DNA from: Deltaproteobacteria bacterium | GTDB taxonomy: Bacteria; Desulfobacterota; GWC2-55-46; JADFVP01 | Reading direction: 5' to 3' | Assembly: GCA_029262515.1 (NCBI GenBank) | Contig: JAJCZH010000020.1 | Coordinates: 65,457-129,456 of the forward strand | Length of the DNA stretch: 64,000 nt | In this document: one piece after another, positions 31,936 through 42,401 of the stretch | Numbering within the stretch: the stretch's first letter is position 1 | Layout of the letters: every line of letters begins with the position of its first letter | Position numbers and translations under genes: made by a program | The notes under the pieces: model-generated | What the model was told of the DNA's origin: nothing | Seen by the model: the letters and a program-made list of their open reading frames with translations, nothing else | Database searches by the model: none

Positions 31936-33381
31936 TCAATTGTACAAACGAGTCTCTACCGGTTCTTCGTCTCTTGAACTTATCGCTTCGACAACGCTCT
32001 CAAAGCCCATGCCGCGCGACGCCTTTACGAGCACGCAATCCCCGTCTTGCAGCAGGCCTTTCAACAAATCTGTCGATGCCTCTTTATCCGCAAAATTGAA
32101 AACAAAGTCGGAAGCGAGCCCGGACAAAAGCGCGCCGCTTGCGACCGTATCCGCCATTGAGCCTATTGCAACCAGAATATCTATGCCGAGTTCCGCTACG
32201 AGCCTTCCGAGAGCTGCATGGGACGCAGCCGCTCCGGGGCCGAGTTCTAACATATCTCCGAGCACTGCGACCTTCCTGCCCGGCAAGAGCGAAAGCGTCT
32301 TCAACGCCGCTTCCATGGAATCGGGGTTCGCATTGTAAGTATCGTCTATGACTCTAATGCCGCCCACCCTGGAGATAACAAGGCGCCCCCTGAGAGGCGT
32401 AAACTGCTCAAGGCCCTCTTTAATATCATCCAATCCGACTCCTAGCGGCAATACCGCAGCAATCGCCGCCGCACCGTTCATCACGTTGCATATTGCCGGA
32501 CTCTTCAGCCTTAGAGAGATCAACTCCCCCCTTATATTATACTCTATATCCACGGCGCCGAGTTCCTCTAAAACCGTATATGATGAAACAGAGACATCGG
32601 ACGGACCGTTGAGACTGAAGCTAACCATTTCGACAGCTTCACCTTCAACAGCTTCGCCGTGCGACTCTTCTCTCCTGTAATCTTCATAAATCTTTCTGAC
32701 CCATTCGTCATCCATATTGACAATACGTATGCAACCCGGTGCAGGGTCGATTAACAGGGCCGACTTCGCACTCGCTACTCCCTCCAGGTCTCCGAGGGTC
32801 TCCAGGTGCCCATGCCCTATATTCGTTATCAGCGCGACATCCGGCCTTGCAATCTCAACGAGCCGTGCCATCTCGCCGGACTCCGAGATACCGAGCTCTA
32901 CAACGGCCGCCTCGGCCGCCTCTTCCAAACGAAAGAGCGTCAGGGGCAGCCCTATTCTGTTATTCTTGTTGCCCTCGGTCTTTAATACCCTCTTTGAGCG
33001 CGACAGTATAAAGGCGACCATCTCCTTGGTTGTCGTCTTGCCGGTACTCCCGCTAATAGCTACAAGCGGTATAGAGTGTCTTGAGCGTATGTACGCCGCC
33101 ATATCGCCGAGCGCTCTCAAGGTATCTTCTACCTTTATAACAACGAGGCCGGCCGGGATATCAACATCAACTACCTCTACCACGACAGCACTCGCACCTT
33201 TTTCCGAGACATTCGTTATAAAAGCATGACCGTCGAAGTTCGGCCCTTTGAGCGCAAAAAAGGCACTGTCCGACACAATAGAGCGCGAGTCGATGGAGAT
33301 ACCATAGACCCTGCACTCGGGATCGCCCGAAACAAGGCTTCCGCGAGTTGCCGCCAATATGTCATTTACACTCAAGTCCAT
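31936..33381 (-). CDS. murF: UDP-N-acetylmuramoyl-tripeptide--D-alanyl-D-alanine ligase
   Basis: 481 aa Mur ligase with GSTGKTTT. Confidence 0.92.
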   Translation of the reverse strand: MDLSVNDILAATRGSLVSGDPECRVYGISIDSRSIVSDSAFFALKGPNFDGHAFITNVSEKGASAVVVEVVDVDIPAGLVVIKVEDTLRALGDMAAYIRSRHSIPLVAISGSTGKTTTKEMVAFILSRSKRVLKTEGNKNNRIGLPLTLFRLEEAAEAAVVELGISESGEMARLVEIARPDVALITNIGHGHLETLGDLEGVASAKSALLIDPAPGCIRIVNMDDEWVRKIYEDYRREESHGEAVEGEAVEMVSFSLNGPSDVSVSSYTVLEELGAVDIEYNIRGELISLRLKSPAICNVMNGAAAIAAVLPLGVGLDDIKEGLEQFTPLRGRLVISRVGGIRVIDDTYNANPDSMEAALKTLSLLPGRKVAVLGDMLELGPGAAASHAALGRLVAELGIDILVAIGSMADTVASGALLSGLASDFVFNFADKEASTDLLKGLLQDGDCVLVKASRGMGFESVVEAISSRDEEPVETRLYN

Positions 33382-33439
33382 CCGTTATCCGCTTCAATAT
33401 GGCGCTATTACATACTGCACTATACGTCACAAATAAAAG

Positions 33440-35011
33440 TCATACCGTAAGTTCCGTCACGGCAGCCCTCAACTCTTCAAGGTCGTCAAAATGTGACCTG
33501 ACGCCGTGTACTATCTGATAATCTTCGTGCCCCTTACCGGCCACAAGCACGATATCGGATCCTGCCGCTATCGACACCGCGTACCGGATAGCCTCTCTTC
33601 TGTCCTCTATAACCGTAAAGCACCGCTTTTTACCTTTGAGCCCTTCGCTGGAAAATGAAGTTAACCTAGGCGCGACCCTCTCTACGTCTTCCAGACCGAT
33701 TATTACCTCTTCTATTATAGCGCCCGGCTCCTCGTCTCTAGGGTTATCGGTCGTAACTATGGTAACGGTTGAATGGCGGGCCGCAGCCCTTGCCATCTCC
33801 GGCCTCTTACCATGATCGCGATTTCCTCCACAACCGAAGACCGTTATTATCCGTCCCTTGCCGACCCGCTCCAGTTCGCTCAATACACGCTCAAGGGCAT
33901 CGCACGTATGGGCGTAATCTACATACGCCCTGAACCTGCCCCCCGGTACCGCTACCGGCTCTAACCGGCCCGGAATCTTCTTTAAGGCTCTAATACCGGC
34001 CTCAATCACCCGGCACTCCACTCCGAGCTGGTACGTTACAGAGAGCGCTGCCAGAATATTGTAAAGGTTAAACTCGCCGATAAGATCGGATTTCACCTCT
34101 ATGGTCGCACGCGGTGTCTTCACGACAGCGGTAATACCGTCATTACTGAGCCGGTACTCGGCGGGGCGCATCTGGGCCTCGGAATCGAGGCCGTAACTGA
34201 GGCTGAACGGAAGCTCGCCGGAGAGCCTGTGTCCCCAGGTATCGTCTATATTTATTACCGGGTCCGTTATAGACCGTTCCTTGCCGGCATTGCCTTGAGC
34301 ATTGCCGGTGCCATCCTCCTTGAGGAGAGAGAAGAGCAGTGACTTGGCCTGAAAGTACTCCTCCATATTCTTGTGGTAATCGAGGTGCTCGTGCGTCAGG
34401 TTCGTGAAGACCGTGGCGCTGAACCTGCAACTCTCTACCCTCTTCTGCTCAAGCGCGTGCGAAGAGACCTCCATAACGCAGTGCGTAACCCCTGCATCTA
34501 CCATTTCTCTCAGAATCCGGTGCAACTCAACCGCACCGGGCGTCGTATGCGTGGCTGCTACCGTCGTGCCGGCATACCTGTAATTAATAGTACCTATGAC
34601 GCCTACCGAAAAACCGGCCTCTTGCAGTATAGACTCAACAAGGTAAGCGACCGTGGTCTTGCCATTAGTGCCCGTAATGCCTACAAGGGTCAAAGACTCT
34701 GAAGGCGAGCCGTAAAACCGGCTCGAAACCGTGCTGAGAGCCTCTCTGGCATCCGTAACAACTACAACGGTAACAGCGCTACTGTCACTAATCAACGAGG
34801 CCGAGCCGGAGTTGTCAGTAATAACTGAGCATGCGCCCTTTTCTACAGCCATTGCGATAAAGTCGTTACCGTTCGCACTCTCGCCTGTAATCGCCACAAA
34901 GAGCCCGCCGGGTACCACACTGCGCGAGTCGCAGTGGATTCCGGTAACCTCTAGGCCGGCCTCACCACTCACCTTGCACTCAAGGCAGCCTATAAGCTCT
35001 TCAAGGGTCAT
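33440..35011 (-). CDS. murE: UDP-N-acetylmuramoyl-L-alanyl-D-glutamate--2,6-diaminopimelate ligase
   Basis: 523 aa Mur ligase with GTNGKTT and the DAP-specific DNPR motif. Confidence 0.92.
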   Translation of the reverse strand: MTLEELIGCLECKVSGEAGLEVTGIHCDSRSVVPGGLFVAITGESANGNDFIAMAVEKGACSVITDNSGSASLISDSSAVTVVVVTDAREALSTVSSRFYGSPSESLTLVGITGTNGKTTVAYLVESILQEAGFSVGVIGTINYRYAGTTVAATHTTPGAVELHRILREMVDAGVTHCVMEVSSHALEQKRVESCRFSATVFTNLTHEHLDYHKNMEEYFQAKSLLFSLLKEDGTGNAQGNAGKERSITDPVINIDDTWGHRLSGELPFSLSYGLDSEAQMRPAEYRLSNDGITAVVKTPRATIEVKSDLIGEFNLYNILAALSVTYQLGVECRVIEAGIRALKKIPGRLEPVAVPGGRFRAYVDYAHTCDALERVLSELERVGKGRIITVFGCGGNRDHGKRPEMARAAARHSTVTIVTTDNPRDEEPGAIIEEVIIGLEDVERVAPRLTSFSSEGLKGKKRCFTVIEDRREAIRYAVSIAAGSDIVLVAGKGHEDYQIVHGVRSHFDDLEELRAAVTELTV

Positions 35012-35094
35012 ATACTCTTCTTCGGCCCCACTCTTGTGCTACCCAGTGTTCAAAAAACCTAGAACAATGTTAACCATCAACACGATACCGGACG

Positions 35095-37131
35095 TTACCT
35101 GAACCAGACAACCACGTTATCGCCCTCACTGAAACTTCGCCCCTGTGCCGGTTTCTGGTTATAACTCATACCGCTACCCCGAAACTCTACTTCTACTCCT
35201 GCGCTGTTTGCCGCCCTCAAAACCGCTCTCATGCTCTTGCCCTTCAAGTCCGGCAACAACATCTCAAAAGAATCCTTCTGTTTCTTGCCATTCAAGTCCC
35301 TGTGCTCCCGAACAGCACGAGAACCGTCTTTCAAGAGCTTTAAATCCGAACTTGTTGCACTTGCCAGACGAAAACCCGGCCTCGATTTCTTTGCCACGGT
35401 ACCGTCTATCGGGTTGTCCGGAAAGATTCCCATATATGAAAGACTCTGCCCGGCTATGGCCGAAAAGACCGGCCCCGCCACAGTGCCTCCGTGGTAATGC
35501 TTGCCTGTCGGCTCATCGAGCGCAACGTAGATTACCAGCTTCGGGTTCTTTGCTGGAACAAAGCCGAGAAATGAGGCTATATAAACGTCCTTCTGATAAC
35601 CGCCCTTTACAAGATCGGGCTTCTGCGCCGTGCCGGTCTTTCCTGCGACGTCAAACGACCCGGAGGCTGCAAGCACTCCGGTACCGCCGTCTTCGGTTAC
35701 TCCAACCAGCATCCGGGTCACGACCTCTGAGGTCTTAGCGCTTACGACCTTCCTGACTATTGCTGGGTTCGTCTCGCGAACCACCTCTCCCCTCGGATCC
35801 CTTACCGCCCTGACGATGTAAGGACGCATAAGGAAACCGCCATTCGCAATGGCCGAAAGCGCCGTGGTTAACTGAACCCCTGTTGTTGAAATTCCCTGAC
35901 CGAAACTGACCGTCTCTAACGTCACCTTCGACCAGTCCGAGTAATGACTTAGCCTGCCGGACGCCTCACCCGGCAGGTCGAGCCCTGTTTTATCGGCAAA
36001 ACCGAAAGCTAGAAGATACCTGTATAACCTCTCGGGGCCGAGTTCGCGACCCACCTTCAACGAGCCGATGTTGCTTGAGTACTTCAATATCTGCGATACC
36101 GAGAGCCAGCCGTGCTTCTTGCTGTCATGTATAGTGCGATTGGCTACCCTGTACTTTCCGTTTTCGCAATACAGAATATCGTTCGGCCCGACCACACCCT
36201 CTTCAATAGCCGCTGCCATCAAAAAGGCCTTTAGTACGCTTCCCGGCTCACTTACGTCGGTTACACCCTTGTTGCGCCATTTGGCCGGCGTATACTTTCT
36301 ATAATTATTCGGATCAAAGGTAGGCATATTGGCGAGAGCGAGCATCTCTCCGGTATAGGGGTCCATCACAATCGCCATTCCACCCTTCGCACCACTACTC
36401 TCAATAGCACTCTTTAGCTCCTTCTCCGCGATATACTGAATAGTCTTGTCTATCGTGAGTTCAACCCTGAGCCCTTCAATAGAAGTCGTCTTGTCGGCAT
36501 CTTCGTACATAAGAAGCCTGCCCTTTGCATCTCTCTGGCCTTCCACCTTGCGCACCGACCCGCGCAGCATATCGTCGTAATAGAGCTCAAGACCTTCGAG
36601 CCCTACCGAGTCCACACCGGTAAAGCCGATCAGGTTTGAGGCGAGTGAATCGTGGGGGTAATACCGCCGCGCCTCCTTAACAAGGTTGATGCCCTCTATG
36701 GAGAGTATACTCTCTCTCTTTTCACTCGTAAGATCAACCTGCCGCTTGAGCCAGACAAAATCCTTGTTAGAGCTAAGCCGCTTTTCGACCTTACGAGAGT
36801 CGAGCCCGAGCATGCTGGAAAGTTTTCTTGCGGCAGCCCTCGGCGACCTTATAGCCGCCGGTTTAGCATAGACAGAATCAACATCAATACTTACGGCAAG
36901 TTCGCTGCTGTTTCTGTCGTATATCTCGCCCCGCTTCGATCTCACCGTAATCGAGGCTATGTGCTGGTCATCGGCCCTCTTCTTGTACGAGTCGGAGCCT
37001 ATAACCTGAAGATGGAAGGCTCTAAGAAGTATGGCCGCAAAGAGACACAACAGCACCGCGGTAATTACCGCAACGCGAACCTTCAGGTACCCTGCGCCGG
37101 GTTTGACCTTCTTCGCACCTTTGCGCTTCAT
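35095..37131 (-). CDS. ftsI: penicillin-binding protein 3 / FtsI transpeptidase
   Basis: 678 aa with an N-terminal TM, a PBP dimerisation domain and transpeptidase motifs SxxK (SVLK), SxN and KTGT. Confidence 0.92.
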   Translation of the reverse strand: MKRKGAKKVKPGAGYLKVRVAVITAVLLCLFAAILLRAFHLQVIGSDSYKKRADDQHIASITVRSKRGEIYDRNSSELAVSIDVDSVYAKPAAIRSPRAAARKLSSMLGLDSRKVEKRLSSNKDFVWLKRQVDLTSEKRESILSIEGINLVKEARRYYPHDSLASNLIGFTGVDSVGLEGLELYYDDMLRGSVRKVEGQRDAKGRLLMYEDADKTTSIEGLRVELTIDKTIQYIAEKELKSAIESSGAKGGMAIVMDPYTGEMLALANMPTFDPNNYRKYTPAKWRNKGVTDVSEPGSVLKAFLMAAAIEEGVVGPNDILYCENGKYRVANRTIHDSKKHGWLSVSQILKYSSNIGSLKVGRELGPERLYRYLLAFGFADKTGLDLPGEASGRLSHYSDWSKVTLETVSFGQGISTTGVQLTTALSAIANGGFLMRPYIVRAVRDPRGEVVRETNPAIVRKVVSAKTSEVVTRMLVGVTEDGGTGVLAASGSFDVAGKTGTAQKPDLVKGGYQKDVYIASFLGFVPAKNPKLVIYVALDEPTGKHYHGGTVAGPVFSAIAGQSLSYMGIFPDNPIDGTVAKKSRPGFRLASATSSDLKLLKDGSRAVREHRDLNGKKQKDSFEMLLPDLKGKSMRAVLRAANSAGVEVEFRGSGMSYNQKPAQGRSFSEGDNVVVWFR

Positions 37132-37505
37132 CTTATATCGACCACCTGCTCCCTTCCCGGATGAACGAGGTTGAGCTCACGAGAGGCTATATCCTCGATT
37201 CGCTCCGGACTCTTCAGTTTTTCAAACTCTATCTTCAACCTCCGGTTCTGCTCAATCAGGTTCACTCTCTCCCTGTTCGCCTTGGAGATGTCATAACCTA
37301 TTGAGACGACCGTTATGCGCGACCAGATGTAACCGCAGAGCACCGTCAAACAGATCGAGGCGAGAAGAACGGAGGTGTATATAAAACTCATGTCACGAAA
37401 ATCGCGCCTAGACTTGACCTTCTGCGACCTTAACGTTCCGGCCGTTCCTGCCTTCCTGCTCGCACTTATTGCCACCCTGCCTCCGGTTAACCGATCACAA
37501 CCCAA
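37128..37505 (-). CDS. ftsL: cell division protein FtsL
   Basis: Small bitopic protein with a TM followed by a coiled coil, between rsmH and ftsI. The start is uncertain; an alternative ATG at 37391 gives 87 aa. Confidence 0.7.
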   Translation of the reverse strand: MGCDRLTGGRVAISASRKAGTAGTLRSQKVKSRRDFRDMSFIYTSVLLASICLTVLCGYIWSRITVVSIGYDISKANRERVNLIEQNRRLKIEFEKLKSPERIEDIASRELNLVHPGREQVVDIR

Positions 37506-37571
37506 TAACTTCTACGCCGCCAGCTTCTGTTCCCTTACGCTCAGGCCTATCTCTTCGCTCTATATTTCTTA

Positions 37572-38528
37572 CTATATTTTTTCAATTGCCCTGAGCCTTG
37601 CGCTGCGCGCCTTCGGGTTTGCCTCTACCTCGGTTGTACCGGGCTTTAGGCCCCTGCGCGTTAGGAGCTTTACCGTAGAAAGCCTGCCGCAGACACAGCC
37701 CGGAGCTTTAGGCGGACAGATACAGGGATTGGCCATACGGGCAAAGGCCCTCTTCACGATCCTGTCTTCTAGAGAGTGGAACGATATGACCGCCATTCTG
37801 CCGTCCGTTGCCAGAGACTCGACCGACGCCTCCAGGCCCGCTTCAAGCCCTTCTATCTCTCCGTTTACCTCTATCCTTATGGCCTGAAAGACCTTTGTGG
37901 CAGGGTGAGTCTTACGGCCATGAAACTTCGCCGGGATCGCGCCGACGACTATCTCCGCAAGCCTGCGGGTTCTCTCCACAGGCCCTGTCTCCCGAGCCCT
38001 CGTTACCGCCCTTGCGATACGCGAACTGAACCGCTCTTCACCGTAGAGCCTGAAAATCCTTTCGAGATCTCTCTCGCCGTAGGTATTGACAACCTCATAC
38101 GCGCTCAACTCTGCCCTGTCGTCCATCCGCATGTCGAGCATTGCGTCGTCTCTGAAACTGAAACCCCGTCCGGGCGTAGTAAGCTGGTGCGTGGAGACTC
38201 CGAGGTCGAGCAACACGCCGTCCACCTTCTCAAGCCCCAGGCTCTCCAGGACCGAGCGGATCTCGGTAAAACTCGCTCTTACGATACTGACGCGGTCGCC
38301 ATACGGCTTTAGCCGCACTCTAGCAGCCCCTATCGCATCCGAGTCACGGTCGATACCGATCAGGCGACCGTTCGGCCCGCTCGCTTTGAGTATCTCTTCC
38401 GCATGCCCCCCGCCGCCGAGCGTACCGTCTACGTAGAGCCCGCCGGGTGCGCAACCGAGAAGTTCTATAACCTCGACCGGCATAACCGATTGGTGGGAGA
38501 AACCCGCCTCAGATTCCAAGCCGCTCAA
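37572..38528 (-). CDS. rsmH: 16S rRNA (cytosine1402-N4)-methyltransferase RsmH/MraW
   Basis: 318 aa with HxPVM, DGTLGGGGH and the SFHSLEDR motif. Confidence 0.94.
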   Translation of the reverse strand: MSGLESEAGFSHQSVMPVEVIELLGCAPGGLYVDGTLGGGGHAEEILKASGPNGRLIGIDRDSDAIGAARVRLKPYGDRVSIVRASFTEIRSVLESLGLEKVDGVLLDLGVSTHQLTTPGRGFSFRDDAMLDMRMDDRAELSAYEVVNTYGERDLERIFRLYGEERFSSRIARAVTRARETGPVERTRRLAEIVVGAIPAKFHGRKTHPATKVFQAIRIEVNGEIEGLEAGLEASVESLATDGRMAVISFHSLEDRIVKRAFARMANPCICPPKAPGCVCGRLSTVKLLTRRGLKPGTTEVEANPKARSARLRAIEKI

Positions 38529-38943
38529 GGGTGCTTACAACCTCGTCCTGCGTGGTATCGGCCTCTAAAATATCCCAGGCCTCTTTAGACCATATCTCAA
38601 CATAGCGCAACGCACCGATAAGCATTACCTCTTTATCGAGCTTCGCGTACTCGCGTATTGCCTGCGGAATAAGTATTCGTCCAAGTTTATCTATGGTGCA
38701 CTCAGTGGCGCTGGAGCAGAAAGTCCGGAGCAGCTTTCTGGAGTCTTTGCTGAACTGTGGCAGGGACAGGACCTTCTCTTCCAACTTCTGCCACTCGGCA
38801 AACGGATAGGCGACGAGACAGCCGTCGTATTTGGTAATAACAAGGCGCGGGTCGTACCGCTCACTCAAGGTCTCGCGGAACCTGGACGGGATAGAGAGCC
38901 TCCCTTTCCCGTCGAGCGTATGCTCAAACCGTCCTCTGAACAT
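38509..38943 (-). CDS. mraZ: transcriptional regulator MraZ
   Basis: MFRGRFEHTLDGKGRLSIP with a duplicated SpoVT/AbrB-like domain. The start is taken at the internal ATG; the track ORF is 20 aa longer. Confidence 0.88.
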   Translation of the reverse strand: MFRGRFEHTLDGKGRLSIPSRFRETLSERYDPRLVITKYDGCLVAYPFAEWQKLEEKVLSLPQFSKDSRKLLRTFCSSATECTIDKLGRILIPQAIREYAKLDKEVMLIGALRYVEIWSKEAWDILEADTTQDEVVSTLERLGI

Positions 38944-39105
38944 CTTCTCTCCCAAAACAGTAAAAAAACAGTGCTTAACAACGGAACAAAAAAGCTGTTG
39001 CAAAACAGGCTATTGCACCTTCTAAACTTCACTGCGCAGAACAGAACCTGTCTAACAACGACCCGAAGCAGAAAAAGAACGTGGAACGCGCAAGAGACTT
39101 TTGAT

Positions 39106-39130
39106 CCCACTTTATACCACTTCATACCAC
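39106..39130 (-). promoter_or_regulatory. three direct GTGG(G/T)AT repeats at exact 10-bp spacing, putative MraZ operator of the dcw promoter
   Basis: Minus-strand GTGGTATgaaGTGGTATaaaGTGGGAT lies ~165-190 nt upstream of mraZ. It matches the known MraZ-box organisation of three TGGGN-type repeats spaced 10 bp. Confidence 0.5.
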
Positions 39131-39408
39131 CATACCGCTCAACTATATTCCTCAGGAGAAAAATTGTCAAGCGAAATTTACTGTTTTCTCTGGCAAATCG
39201 ACGTATTATCCGTTTGGAGAGAAGCTTGAACAGTAGGCCGTCCAAAGCCGAGCAGGGCGCAATTGAGGTGCGCCTCCACAGCCTATTTCATACACAAACT
39301 ACTCTATATGGTGTGGAAAAACCGAATGGTGGGAAGGGGTAGTGTTCCGCTAAAAAAGCCCGTCTTTTGTTGAGACGTGATGAGGGAGAGAACAACGCCG
39401 GTTTACGA

Positions 39409-40260
39409 CTACATCGCCTGCTTATCCTGACGCTCTTTTATTATCTTGATCCGCTCGATTATCTGCTCGGCCCTCTTTTTGTACTCTTTGGCATTCGGAT
39501 GCGTCGGATCGAGGCGAAGCACGCTGTCCCACTCTTCGACAGCAAGCTCCATCTCCTCTTTCTGAAAGTACGAGATGCCCTTCTTGAAGTGACGATCCAC
39601 CTGGTGTTCCCGCCCCTTTACCGCACGCTCAAGCAAGCCCTTTGTATCTAGAAATACCGGGAGCAGATCGTTTACCGTATTAAACTCATTAATAGCTTCG
39701 GTGTAGGCCATAGACTCAAGATAGATCTTGCCGCGCATATAGTGAATATTGGCGCCGACCTCTGGATCTATCTTCTTGATCTTCGCAATTTCCTTCCTTC
39801 TCTCTTTCTCTCTCTTCTTCTTCGCCTTCTTGATTTTCTTCTTGACCTTGCGCATCTCTTCCACGGTAGTGATCGGCTCTACCACACCCTCTTCTAGTCT
39901 ATTCAGTTTTCCTTTGACAAGAAGATTAGCCGGGTTGAACTTAAGAGATGTTCTGTACTCCATGATCGCTTTTGGCACTATACCGGCCTTCTCATAATCC
40001 TCGCCAAGTTCCATATGCTCTCTTGACACTTCAAGCGAGAGAGTCCTTACCTTTTTAAGCAGCTTGCTGGCCTTTTTGTGCCCTGGCTCCTGCTCACCGA
40101 TCAACAGCGCCGCCTCGCGGGCCTCCATGATAAAACCCTGCCGCCACAAGAGTTCAGCCCTCTCGTACTTCGAGCCCATAAGAAACTGGGGTGTATACTG
40201 CACGCAACCCGCAATAAAAAGCAGCAGAGTTACTACAGTTACTCTAAGATGCCATGCCAT
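39409..40260 (-). CDS. TPR-repeat lipoprotein with lysine-rich central segment
   Basis: 283 aa with a lipobox (LFIAGCVQ), TPR-like helices and a KKVKKKIKKAKKKREKERRKEIAKIKK block. Confidence 0.6.
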   Translation of the reverse strand: MAWHLRVTVVTLLLFIAGCVQYTPQFLMGSKYERAELLWRQGFIMEAREAALLIGEQEPGHKKASKLLKKVRTLSLEVSREHMELGEDYEKAGIVPKAIMEYRTSLKFNPANLLVKGKLNRLEEGVVEPITTVEEMRKVKKKIKKAKKKREKERRKEIAKIKKIDPEVGANIHYMRGKIYLESMAYTEAINEFNTVNDLLPVFLDTKGLLERAVKGREHQVDRHFKKGISYFQKEEMELAVEEWDSVLRLDPTHPNAKEYKKRAEQIIERIKIIKERQDKQAM

Positions 40261-41683
40261 CTATAACTATCTTTCTTGTAATCTTTCTAACAACGGTATC
40301 TACTTCGCTCTTCCAGTCGCCTTTGAGTCCCAGAATGCTATAGACCCGAACAGGTCCCTCAATACCTTTTATCATAACCTCTTGCGGCTCGCCAACGACA
40401 AGGTTGCCGCTTACCGACTCGTAAAGCCCGGCGCTTATCATTACTTCATCCGGCCCTGCAATATCCGAGAGGCGCGAAGCGATATTAACTGCAGGCCCTA
40501 CCGCCGTATACTCCATCCTGACACTCGAGCCCATATTCCCTACAATCACATTTCCGGTTTCGAGCCCGACGCCTATACGAAACGGCAGAAGCCGGGCCTG
40601 CTCTCTCGAACCGTTCATCATATCGACCGCCTCTTTAATGGCAACAACCGTCTTTACTCCCTGCTCAAGATGGTTACCCATCTTAACCGGGGAGCCGAAG
40701 ACCCCCATTACAGCGTCTCCTATAAACTTGTCGATCGTTCCGCCAAACTCGGAGACCACTTCTGTAATGAGCGTGAAGTAATCGTTCAGCACCTCAACCG
40801 TCATCTCCGGCGTCATGCGCAGAGAGTGCGAGGTAAAATCCCTAATATCCGCGAAGAAGACCGTAATGTCGCGTTTTTCTCCGCCGAGCCGCACGCTATC
40901 CGGGTCGCGAAGTATCTCGTCTGCCACGTGCGTGCTGACATACCGATTGAAAGCGCCCTTCAACTGCTCTTTCTTCTGCAACTCTTTTGCCATCGTGTTA
41001 AATGAGCCTACGAGTTCGCCTATCTCATCGTGGCTCCTTTTCATTTCTATCCTGTAATCGAAATTGCCCATGGCGATCTCTTTCGTACCCTGAAAGAGCC
41101 TGAGGATCGGCCGCAAAAGGCGTGTTGACAGAGGTATGGAAAGGATCGAAACAAGAAGGATGGCGATAATGGCTATTATGATAACGCTTGTCGTGGCCCT
41201 GCGCACGGTCTGGGCGATAAAGTCTCTGGAGAAGGTTATGGCAGTATAACCTACGATGGTATCCTGAAAGAGGATCGGTGCGGCAAAGGTCAACACGCCT
41301 TCGTCCTCATGTATGAGCCACGGAGGAGGCCCCTCGGCCTCTAGTATCGCATCCCCCCTGCGGTACTCCTTGCCTACATCCTGAAGCCGCATCTGCCCCT
41401 CTATCTCCATGGAATCGTTAAGGACATAGGCGTCAGCAATCCCAGGATACTTCATTATGTTGTCGACCAGCATGTTGAGAGCCAGGCCGTCATTTTGAAG
41501 TATCGGTATCTTAGTGTCGTGGGCGAACTCGTCGGTAATGGTGCCTGCCATGGAGCGCATCTGGTACTCAAGCGAACCCCGCTGGTTAGCAATCATGACT
41601 ATCCCCATCACGGAGGTTGTCACGAAGAGCAATACCGAGAGCACAACGGCAAACTTCATCTTTATGCCGAACTTGATCTTCAT
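40244..41683 (-). CDS. membrane sensor adenylate/guanylate cyclase (periplasmic sensor-HAMP-class III cyclase)
   Basis: 479 aa with two TM helices flanking a ~150 aa periplasmic domain. A HAMP domain is followed by the cyclase signature FADIRDFT...KFIGDAVMGVFG. Confidence 0.85.
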   Translation of the reverse strand: MKIKFGIKMKFAVVLSVLLFVTTSVMGIVMIANQRGSLEYQMRSMAGTITDEFAHDTKIPILQNDGLALNMLVDNIMKYPGIADAYVLNDSMEIEGQMRLQDVGKEYRRGDAILEAEGPPPWLIHEDEGVLTFAAPILFQDTIVGYTAITFSRDFIAQTVRRATTSVIIIAIIAILLVSILSIPLSTRLLRPILRLFQGTKEIAMGNFDYRIEMKRSHDEIGELVGSFNTMAKELQKKEQLKGAFNRYVSTHVADEILRDPDSVRLGGEKRDITVFFADIRDFTSHSLRMTPEMTVEVLNDYFTLITEVVSEFGGTIDKFIGDAVMGVFGSPVKMGNHLEQGVKTVVAIKEAVDMMNGSREQARLLPFRIGVGLETGNVIVGNMGSSVRMEYTAVGPAVNIASRLSDIAGPDEVMISAGLYESVSGNLVVGEPQEVMIKGIEGPVRVYSILGLKGDWKSEVDTVVRKITRKIVIDGMAS

Positions 41684-41842
41684 CGCTTTACTTTAGGCGC
41701 TAAGCCTCAGAGTAGTTGTATAATTTATATAATATTATAAATACAGAGTATCATATATAATCACAGTAGAACATTAAGGTTAACTGAACATCTGATTAAA
41801 AAAAATTTACCGGTGGATTATAAAAAAAGGAGAAAAAAAGAG

Positions 41843-42250
41843 TGCCGGAGGCTGTCGTAAGCCGGATCCTGTAACCCCGCCGAAGCGGAGCAGCAACCAT
41901 TCATCTAGGCACGCCGTTGCCGACGCGCTCAAGCGACCTACCCGTTCCGCCGCCTTTCACGAAGAGAGAACAAGGGCGGGCAACCCTTAAAACGGAACCT
42001 ATTCGGCCTTGCACCGGGAGGGGGTTACCAAGCCCTGCCGATCACCCGGCAGGCTGGTGGGCTCTTACCCCACCTTTTCACCCTTACCCGCATCACTGCT
42101 CGAAAGCAGCAGCGCGAGCGGTATCTTTTCTGTGGCCCTATCCCTGGGGTCGCCCCCGGTCGCCGTTAGCGACCTCCCTGCCCTGCGGTGTCCGGACGTT
42201 CCTCTGCGGACCGATAACGGCCCGAAGCGGCTGCCTGACAACCTCCAGCA
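41843..42250 (-). ncRNA. rnpB: RNase P RNA (bacterial type A), approximate ends
   Basis: The minus-strand sequence contains GAGGAACGUCCGGACACC (the P4 5' strand), GGGUAAGGGUGAAAAGGUGGGGUAAGAGCCCACCAG and ACAGGAUCCGGCUUAC. A P1 helix forms by GGAGGUUGUC/GACAGCCUCC pairing. A U-run follows the 3' end. Confidence 0.75.
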
Positions 42251-42401
42251 CTTTAAAAACAACCCGTTGCCTTGTCAAGCCGACATAAAAACGAGCTGGG
42301 TAAAACTACCTCAATCACACGAGAACTTGCTGCTACCCTGAAAAAGGCTTGTACCGGAATATCTCCGGCAAGAGACCGTGAAGAGAATCAGATTAGAATA
42401 A

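Noticed and set aside
41917-42341. Plus-strand ORFs of 123 and 110 aa
   Set aside because: The region encodes RNase P RNA on the minus strand, with conserved P4, GGUAAGAGC-type loops and a P1 helix. The ORFs are Pro/Arg-rich read-through artefacts.
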